Positions 55,548 to 64,000 of a stretch of DNA of 64,000 nucleotides are shown here, one piece after another. Numbering within the stretch: the stretch's first letter is position 1; every line of letters starts with the position of its first letter. The stretch spans positions 182,738 through 246,737 of the forward strand of contig RHPI01002990.1 of the NCBI GenBank assembly GCA_009103225.1. The letters are read 5' to 3'. This stretch comes from Chlorokybus atmophyticus (Eukaryota > Plantae > Mesostigma and Chlorokybus algae). The translations under genes were made by a program, and so were the position numbers. The notes beneath the pieces were generated by a model. That model worked only from the letters and a program-made list of their open reading frames with translations, searched no databases and was not told the origin of the DNA.

Positions 55548-56339
55548 CCCCACAGCCACCTTGCTTGCATGTCCTGATGTGTTCACACCAAGAAGCTGCA
55601 GTCACGTGTCGTATCGCGGGCTTGTTGGTATCCTCCTCAAGGAGATCTGTGCGAACCGCTGGTATTGTACGTGTGCAGTGGAATCACAGACAGTGGCTGA
55701 GTGGATGGCAAGCATCGCTGTGGTAATGTTGATTGAATGGCATGGATTGGTAGGTGAGCTCTGCATCCGCATGCTCATCACAGCATCTCCACCTAGAGCG
55801 CTAATGATGACTGACGGTACCTTAGGTATCATCAATGATGATTAGATACATTAAATACCGCGCTTGTGTAACATCTACTATGCAAGACGGCATATATCAT
55901 AAATCAGAACTTAATTACATCACACAGTCATATACATGTGACCTACACAGTACTAGCCCCACTAGTACCATACTACGGTATACTACACTACTACGGTAGT
56001 AGTACTGCCTACTACATTATACCTTGCCGCCGCCGCTGAGTCTTGTGCTGCCGCTTGCCTGCTGCCTCCGCCCTCCTGACCTGACCGTCCAAAAAAAGAG
56101 GGGCGGTCAGCTAGGGCGGCGCAACACAACATATACACCACCACCACAACAACAACAACAACGCACATGCTGTTGGCCACCACCGCCACTGCCGTCGCCG
56201 CCGCTGCAGCAGCACAACGCTCAACTGTGCAAGTTGACTTGCACACTTGAGCGTTGTGTTGCGGCTTAGCGTTTGAATTCACAAGGGGGCCGTTAAGTTT
56301 AAAAAGTCAACGGCTTCCCTTATGAGTTGACAATGGCAC

Positions 56340-57388
56340 AATGGTACCATTATAATGGTACGTAAGTACCAATACAATGGTACGAACGTACCATCATGAT
56401 AGATGTCCCAACTACCGCCACCGCTCGTCCTTAAATTGGGACTGATAAGTTACTCGCTTACAACTTATAATACATCGCCGTCGAAAGTGCAATACCGCCG
56501 GCGGTCGGCCGTGTTAACCACGTGAATGTTCGGCATCACTCGTCGCCATTAGGGGACTGAGAGGTGACTTTATTGCCAAAACAAGTAGGTCGCCGCTGCG
56601 GGTGCGGTACGATCGGCAGTCGGCCGTCAACATAAATTATAAATAGGTCATGACAGGCAAGCAGCAGTCCACAATAATGTACGATAGGCCATTGGCCGTT
56701 GATTATGTTCCACAGTATATACACCCGCAGTCCACTCAGTCCCTTTATGGCCTAAGTCGTCAGGGTCTGGTAGGGTCAAGTCGTCGCAAATTTTACACGG
56801 TGACTGTTAAACGACTGAGGGACTGACGGGTGCCTGACCCTGCCTGACCCTACCTGACGTAACGGATTGGTCCATAAAGGGACTTCTTAAGACGGCCGTT
56901 ACTATCAAGCAACATATACCGACGGCAAGCGGTCGACCGACAAGTACCATCGACGGTGGCATGCCTGTGATGGCAACACCGCACTTTAAGGTGACGACCA
57001 ATTGTCGGTCGTTCCATTTGCGCGATGGTGACCTATCTGTATAGCAGATAAGTCACGTTTTGATCACATACAGTGACGGCCGACCGTCGGTCGTACCCTG
57101 ACCGTCGACAGTATGCGCGACGGCCTGCCTACTTTGGCAAGCCAGTCACCGTTAGTCCCTATCACGTGACCTTACCGCGTGTATTAAGTGACGGCCGATC
57201 GCCGGTCGTGCACTTAACGCGGCGCCAACCTACTTATTATGTGTCAAATATGATAAGCAAGTGACCGCCAGTCCCTAAAGGTCGGCAAGTCGGGACGGTG
57301 GTACCGGCCGGCAAGTCGAGACGCTGGTACAATGCAGCCGCCGTACTATATTAATGGTACGATCAGTGCCATCGTCGCAATGGCACTA
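56340..57388. repeat. Array of short hairpins and recurring CGGCCG / AGTCCCT / GGTAC motifs (left array)
   Basis: CGGCCG at 56506, 56621, 56893, 57077, 57192, 57305. AGTCCCT/AGGGACT at 56738, 56818, 56878, 57154, 57270. Inverted 12-mer pair 56739-56750 / 56872-56883. Confidence 0.75.
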
Positions 57389-57675
57389 CAGTCTACTCTC
57401 GTTACAAGAACCACACTTGTCTCCATGACATTGGTTCTTATAACGCAGTGTTCTTATGTCATTACAAGAACATTGCTAGAGCACATGTGGCGTGATGATT
57501 CTTGTATCGTGAAGAAGCTTGTTTGTACTGCCTGTTGTCTTGTAGCATGCAAGTGTTGCGGTTTTATCAATCACATCCATCCTAAAGGTAGTTCTACCCA
57601 TGTGTGCTGTGCAGATTGATGCAATATCGATTACCCATCTACAAGAACACATTGCGATACACAATGAAACACTAA

Positions 57676-60142
57676 CTATGCATCACGGCGAAAGAACATC
57701 CGGATGTCCCCTTGCTGCTGCTTAGTCAGATTGCACACAAGCATCTTCTTCAATCGCGTCAACACCCCTTGAACATACTCCACATCCTTTTCGTTGAAGC
57801 TGGTCTGATTGTGAGCGATAAACATATCAAGCTTGCGACAAGCTGCCCTGGCATCAAACAGAGAGCACGGTGAGGGGGGTTGCTCATCAACATCATCACT
57901 ACTCCCTCCTTGTGCACCGCTACTGGCAGCGCCTGATTCTTCCTCTGAAGGGCCAACAGCAAACTGCATCAGCTCCTCATCTGTGTACTCCTCCTCAACA
58001 TCACACTCTGCCTCCATGTTCACATACTCCTCGGCCGACATCTGGTTGTCTCCCAAAGGTAGATTGCTGATCAATTGCGACAAGTCGTCCATGAGAGTCG
58101 CCTGCAGCTGGCGCCCTCCACGCTCATCGGCACTGCGCAACTCTGGTTGCCAAGATGTAGATACGATGTTGCATGAGCACCAGCAGTTGCGAATGATGGA
58201 CTCGTCAAAGTTCTTCCAGATGGTTGCAGCCCACAACAATGCTTGCTTCACATCGGGCACAAACTTGTCAACATTCACACCCTCTGGCGCGTCCCCAATC
58301 TGCTCCAGCAACCACTCAACCAACTCTCGCTTGTAGCGCGCTTTGAATGCAGCAATTATACCCTGATCTAATGGCTGCACAACCGACGTCGTGTTTGCAG
58401 GCAAGAAGATGATGGCCACATTTGAAAGGCGTAGAGCTTTGAAGCCTTGAACGGTGAACTCCTCAGCTCCTGGCATTGCGTGGCAGCTGGCATTGTCCAT
58501 CAGCATGGCAATGTGTTTGCCAGCAGCACGCATGGATTGGTTGACATCTGCCATCCAGTCACTGAAGACTGCCGTGGTCATCCATGCTGAGCGGTTGGAG
58601 TACCAGCAAACAAAGGCAGCAGGTGACCAACTCTTGCCAAAGCATTTTGGGCGCGCAGACTTGTTGATGAAGACGGGTTTGAGTCTATGTGTTCCAGTAG
58701 CATTGCAAGCCAGACCTACGGTAACACGTTCCTTGTTTTGCTTCCTCCCTCTAACCTTCTCACACGCCAAGGTCTTGTTGGGTGCAGCCTTAATGAAGAG
58801 CGCACACTCGTCAAAGTTGTACACCAACTCCCAGTCAAATAATTCCCAGCTCCTCGAGAGCCGTAGCAAGGTACATGATGGTATGTTTGATGCCGGCTTG
58901 ATCAGCAGCAGCTGCCTCACCATGAATCTTGTGACATTTGATGCCGTGCCTGGACATGCATAACAAACAAACGTTAACCAGAGATGTATGTGTGCGTTTG
59001 TGTGCAGTGCATGCATGCGTGTGCATGTGCGCATGCGTGTGCGTGCGTGCATGCGTGTGCGTGCGTGCATGCATGCGTGTGCAGTCCATGCGTGTGTGTG
59101 CAGTCCATGCGTGTGCGTGCGTGCATGCGTGTGCGTGCGTGCATGCATGCGTGTGCAGTCCATGCGTGTGTGTGCGTCCATGCATGTGTGTGCAGACCAT
59201 GCATGTGTGTGCAGACCATGCATGTGTGTGCAGTCCATGCGTGTGTGTGCGTTCATGCATGTGTGTGCAGTCCATACATATGTGTGCGTGCATGCGTGTG
59301 TGTGCAGTCCATACATATGTGCGCGTGCATGAGTATGTGTGCAGTCCAGGCGTGTGTGTGCAGTCCATGCGTATGTGTGCGTGCATGAGTGTGTGTGCAG
59401 TCCAGACGTGTGTGTGCGTGCATGAGTGTGTGTGCAGTGCATGCAAGTGCGTGCTTGTGTGCACACACGTGTTTGTATGACCTGGTGCTGCCTCTCTCTT
59501 CCTCACTCAAACAATGCAGCAACATTAGTGCTTCAGCTCAGCACACGACAAAAGGTATGCATGAAATGTAACGCACCTGCATTTGAATTTCGCCAACCAG
59601 CCATCGGACACTTTGAAATCCGCTTTCAATATGCCAAAAGTGTCGCGTAACTTTTTGGCCTTTTCGTTGGGCATGGCATCAGTGAAATGAGCTCCCTTGG
59701 CTCGCATCTCAGCAAATGCAATTACATATAAGTGAGAGATGACCAGCATGCATGTCATATGAGCTCGACAAAGCAACAATCGCGCGCATGGGTGAACACT
59801 AGTGCAGTAAGCTTCTTCCACACACATACAATCAGCTTAAGCTTGTTCCACGTAGCAACATACCTGCTCAAACCACTTGAATAAGGCCGTCTCCAAAGCT
59901 GCAAATTTGGGGGTGCGATTGCGGAACTTGGCAGCCTGCACGCCTGTGCTTGCCACCTTGAGCCAATACTCTGATTTGACCAGAATTTTGGAAATAGGTG
60001 GATGCGAGCATGGCTTCTTCAACTCTTTCTCCACTTCCACAGCTAACAAGTCATGTGTGATGCCTGGATGCTTTGCCGCAAGCTCACAAATCTGCCGCTT
60101 TTCAGCAGCAGACAGTTGCACACGCTTGTCCTTGCCCACCAT
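57676..60142 (-). pseudogene. pogo/Tigger (CENP-B_N HTH + HTH_Tnp_Tc5 + DDE_1) transposase, 3 exons, one frameshift near 58837
   Basis: Exon 60142-59864 (KRVQLSAAEKRQICEL...LETALFKWFEQ), exon 59709-59577 (..FKVSDGWLAKFKCR) and exon from 58949 (HGIKCHKIHGEAAAAD..LEELGII* stop). Coding continues in another frame: DWELVYNFDECALF, KERVTVGLACNATG, SAWMT, LMDNASCH, LPANTTSVVQPLDQGIIAAFKARY. Confidence 0.88.
58985..59470. repeat. Degenerate minisatellite (about 19-nt unit GCAGTCCATGCGTGTGTGT and variants) inside transposase intron 2
   Basis: About 11 copies of TGCAG(T/A)CCA, with 19-nt spacing visible at 59081/59100 and 59192/59211/59230. Confidence 0.9.
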
Positions 60143-61094
60143 CCCAACCACCGACCCTAAGCTTCTCAACCACGCCCTTCCTCACCTAAACTATGCAAGC
60201 ATTGCTTTGTGCTTCCTCCTCCTCCTCCTCCTCCTCCTCCTCCTCCGCCGCCGCCGCCACAGTTGCTGCCGCCACCACCGCCGCCACTGTCAGTGCCGCC
60301 TGTACGACCAGAGTGGCGGGAAATCTAGACTAGGGATCCATTGATCCTATGCATTATAAGAGCGGCCTCATTGCAGCAATTGGTTCATGTATCGAATGTG
60401 ACTGTTCCTTTATCGACATGAATTCACCTGCTGTATGATTGATACCGAGGCACTTGGTTCCTATATCGCGATTGTTATGTAAAAGAGTGACACAAACGCG
60501 AGACTGTATCGTACCATACCAATGGTACGATAGTGCCATTGCGACAATGGTACTTTCGTACCGTATAATAATACGATAATGCCGTTGCGAGACACGTATC
60601 GACGACGCGTTTGAATAACTTGGGCTGCCCAAGTTATTCAAACGCTCAACGGCTTCAAGTTGAACAGAGCGTTGTGGGCGGTGGTGGCGGCGGCGGCGGC
60701 GGCAACGGCTAACAGTAGGTGAGCTTGGTTGCTGTCTGACGTTGTACTACGCGTAACACCGTATGCCATCTAACCACCCTCCTTGCCTTAGGGCGGCCAG
60801 GCCAGGCCAGGCTAGGCCAGGCCAGGCGGCGGCAGCGGCGGCGGAGAAGGAACGGCGGCGGCGGAGCTGGAACGGGCGGTGCAGAAACCGCAGCTCGATA
60901 CAAGGGTAGTACTAGCAGTAGTACCTAAGGTAATAGTAGCAGTAGTGGTAGTGATAGCAGTAGTGGTAGTCTAGTTGTACTAGCAGTAGTAGTAGTAGCT
61001 CAGTACATGATATTGTAATTTTTTTTTTCTTATGTGTCACGCATTTTTGCACAGCTGATGACGACAATCATGTGTGACACCAATCATGACTGAG

Positions 61095-61565
61095 CGGTAC
61101 CAGCAGGTACCTTTAAAGGTACACATTATTAACCGTACGTACTTTAAGGTACCTGACAATTTTGCTCAGTTAGCGTACAGTCGCCGATACCCAACTTATA
61201 TGGCGGCCGTCCGCATAAAGGGATTGACCCAAATTAATAGGTACCGGTCAGTTACCTGTTAGTTAGGTCAAGTCTCCTTTGCTTAACTGTTGAGTACCTG
61301 ACAGGTACCCATTTATAAGGGTCAGTCCCTTTATACGGACGGCCGCCAACCAATGGTGACGGCCGTTATGCTCAGGTCCCTGTATCGAGATCGCTGGTAG
61401 ACTAAAAGTCGACAGTCTAAATAAGTATCCTCAGGTGCACGGCCGTTGCCAATATTCAGTCGGCCGGCAGGGGAAACATTTTGCGACGGTAGGGTAAGGC
61501 AGCCGTCAGTCCCTTACTCCATGGTCAGTCACCGTGCAAAATTTGCAACGTTGTTGCCATCACAT
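61095..61565. repeat. Right motif/hairpin array, partly an inverted copy of the left array
   Basis: 29-bp stem 61202-61230 / 61319-61347 (27/29 paired). 61526-61550 is the reverse complement of 56782-56806 (23/25), and 61488-61514 of 56818-56844 (24/27). Confidence 0.75.
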
Positions 61566-62742
61566 ATATCACATACAACTTGCTGCTATTACACACAACC
61601 TATCTACTTGCTGCTCGATAAATGTTAAACCCCTGGTAGAGAAATCCATTAACCAACTAGTCAACAACTATTAACAATCACATTACTAGCCACACCAACA
61701 CCCACGATCCACACGCCTTGTGGCTTGTGGGCTGGTGAGCCAACGCTAGCGCCAGCTCAGCGGCGTCCCCACCATCACGCCGCACCGCACCCCACGCCAG
61801 CGCTGCCTCTAAGTATTCCACCGCCTACTTCACCGCCGCCAGATGCTTTATCAACCCGAGGGAATTTTAAAACCCTACATCAACTCGTAGCCTGCGAGCG
61901 GTTGACTGTTAGCGGCTCGCACCTGTAGGGTTTTGGATGCTAACATCAAACGATCACCATTGACAGACCTGCAACGATAAATTAGTTAAATGACTCAACG
62001 AGCTCAAGCTAAATCTCAATGCATTACTTAGTCCACATATTATTAGTGTTTGCTACACACACATATATTGTACAGATATGTAATAAATGTGTGTAGTTGT
62101 ACACATATTACACGTATTATGTGATACGTGAATACATTATGATATGTTGATCTCATGTGATACATATATAACACATACTACACATGTATGGATTATAGAA
62201 CTTGTCAAATCTGATACATAGTATGCAATGGTTGTATGAATACACTATATTCATAATTTTACTATTATATTATAACTGATTAATATCATGTCTTTAAATA
62301 TGCATACACTTTATACATACACGACGCAGATGTATCGTCAAAATATCGGTATGCACAAGTACAATACAACCTTGTTTGTGGTTATGATGTTGTGCAATTT
62401 ATGCGTGAACAAACACATATTTATACGTAATTATTGTACATATTTTACATATATGTATTTGTATTAGTACAAACATATATTTATAAATGTATACTGAACA
62501 CTATGGTGGTATTCGCTTACACGTGGACAACAATTGATAGCAGCATGCAGTGTAACACTACATAATGATGTAGACAACAATGAATAACAATGTAATCTGC
62601 ATTGCATGTTGTTGATTGGTTTTACAATGGTTTTTAAAACTGACCGTGAGATATATTGACGGCCGTTTAGTTCCGCATATCTATCGATCATTCACGCGCG
62701 GCTAATCACGTCTCAATTGACGACTCACGACTCACGCGTCCC

Positions 62743-62776
62743 ACCACCACCACCACCACCACCACCACCACCACCA
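62743..62776. repeat. (CCA)n trinucleotide run within a CpG-rich island
   Basis: Direct read. Confidence 0.9.
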
Positions 62777-64000
62777 ACAAGAGTCACGACGCGCGCGTCA
62801 CTGATCACGTCTCACGACTCGCGAGAAGCATCCGATATCGACGCGCGCGACGCGAAATCGATTACGGAACGCGAGATCTATCAGCTATGGGCTGGACGCT
62901 TGCGGTGGAGCATGACAATAACATGATAAGGTGGCAGCACTGTAACGGTTACCGTACCATGAGGCTTTTTGCCTTAGACAACCAACGACCAGTACCAGTA
63001 GTGCAGGTTGTAAGTATCAAGATAGCTAGAGTTTCGTAGGAACCAGACATTCACACTCTTTATTACGGCTGGCAAAACGCAATTGTGATTGACGCCATAA
63101 TCATATTGTTATGCATCCATTTTGTGCAGATAGAGCAAAATTGGTGCTTCACTTGTTGAGTAAATGTACTATAATATGTGCCAGATATTACGCATGTGGA
63201 AAGTGCCGTCATTGTATACATGTTGATGGTATTCAATGAAACGTTTAAGCTTAGCTGTCTGCTTATTCGCGTTTATTGTAAATGTGAGATGGATTTCACG
63301 AAAAGAAGGCGTCATCGCAAACATGTCTATCCTGGCAATGAAACAATTGCGTACAAGATGGCATATCAAGCGCAACCCAACTTGGCAATGCTGTTTGATA
63401 CACGAAAGCTACATTATTACATATAAAAACTTCTATATTGAAAACGAGCTATATTATCATGGTGTTATGATCAAATTCACTAAAATATCCAAGCATTTAA
63501 TAGCGGCACCATCTGCAAACTTAGTTAAGCTCTTATTGATACTTTGAGTTGGATTAATTGAAAGCATTAATCTGTTAACAACACACTTCAGCTGTACGCA
63601 TTACAAAATCTAAAGGTGACTTCAGAGATAGTATCCGCTAGCTTGGCTTGAGCATTATTGTGTGAATAACACAATTCACCTTTTTGGACAAAGCAGGATG
63701 TACACACTACAGAATTTAAAGGTAATAATACATTAAAGATGATATCGATTACGCATTACATCTGCGTTGCCACATGTAAATGCAATTGACTAACTATAAC
63801 TATCACACATTCAGGCATCCATCTTGCAAAATTGCATTGGTGTACAGCAAAACATCAGCATGGAACATCGCGTACATCAATACCCATTTGTGCAATATGC
63901 GTTTAATCTGCTGTGTTATCGCCTGTTGTTACACATGTTGACTCATTTCGCAATGACCAGCTGCAGCTCCGCTCATACAGCTCATGTTGCCCTGGCCCCC

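Larger units (their letters stand above)
57389..60506 (-). mobile_element. pogo/Tigger-type DNA transposon with TA target duplication and degenerate TIRs
   Basis: Left end TA|CAGTCTACTCTCGTTACAAGAA (57389). Right end ...ATGTAAAAGAGT[gacacaaacgcg]AGACTG|TA (60506), which resembles the left TIR with an apparent 12-nt insertion. Removing the element restores a hairpin at the target. Encloses a CENP-B/DDE_1 transposase. Confidence 0.8.

Noticed and set aside
58950-59466. His/Thr/Cys-rich N-terminal part of the 596-aa ORF, and the CVCV/HTHT ORFs
   Set aside because: These are translations of the intronic minisatellite. GT-AG sites at 59576 and 58950 remove it and restore the transposase. The same applies to similar ORFs over CA/TG-rich introns elsewhere.
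58985-59470. Repeat array that might be taken for CRISPR
   Set aside because: The units are tandem and degenerate with no unique spacers, there are no cas genes, and the context is a eukaryotic intron.
63061-63087. AGKT string suggesting a P-loop/Helitron helicase
   Set aside because: It lacks the full GxxxxGKT motif, a stop follows two codons later, and there are no other helicase motifs.

Overview
Nuclear DNA of an intron-rich green alga (Viridiplantae). The evidence is spliceosomal introns, Ala/Ser/Arg-rich plastid transit peptides, plant-type genes (ABA4, TIC56, TIC62-like, PLAC8, ZCW7/AKAP17A) and cilia-associated genes (CFAP97-like, LRRC46-like, DPY30). An early-diverging streptophyte alga is plausible but is inference only. 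About 18 protein-coding genes fill 1-55.5 kb, and I assembled the exon chains by hand from splice signals and reading frame. From ABA4 to RNF14, 16 genes alternate strand without exception as 8 head-to-head pairs with 0.16-1.2 kb spacers, several containing short perfect inverted repeats and G-boxes. The last 8.5 kb has no host gene. It holds an intron-containing, frameshifted pogo/Tigger transposon inserted at a TA inside a DNA hairpin, flanking hairpin and motif arrays, two outward-facing spliced leaders without ATG, and an AT-rich tail. There are two assembly problems: an N gap at 6693-7013 and a (CT)n run plus N at 43261-43626. No CRISPR array, rRNA or tRNA was seen.
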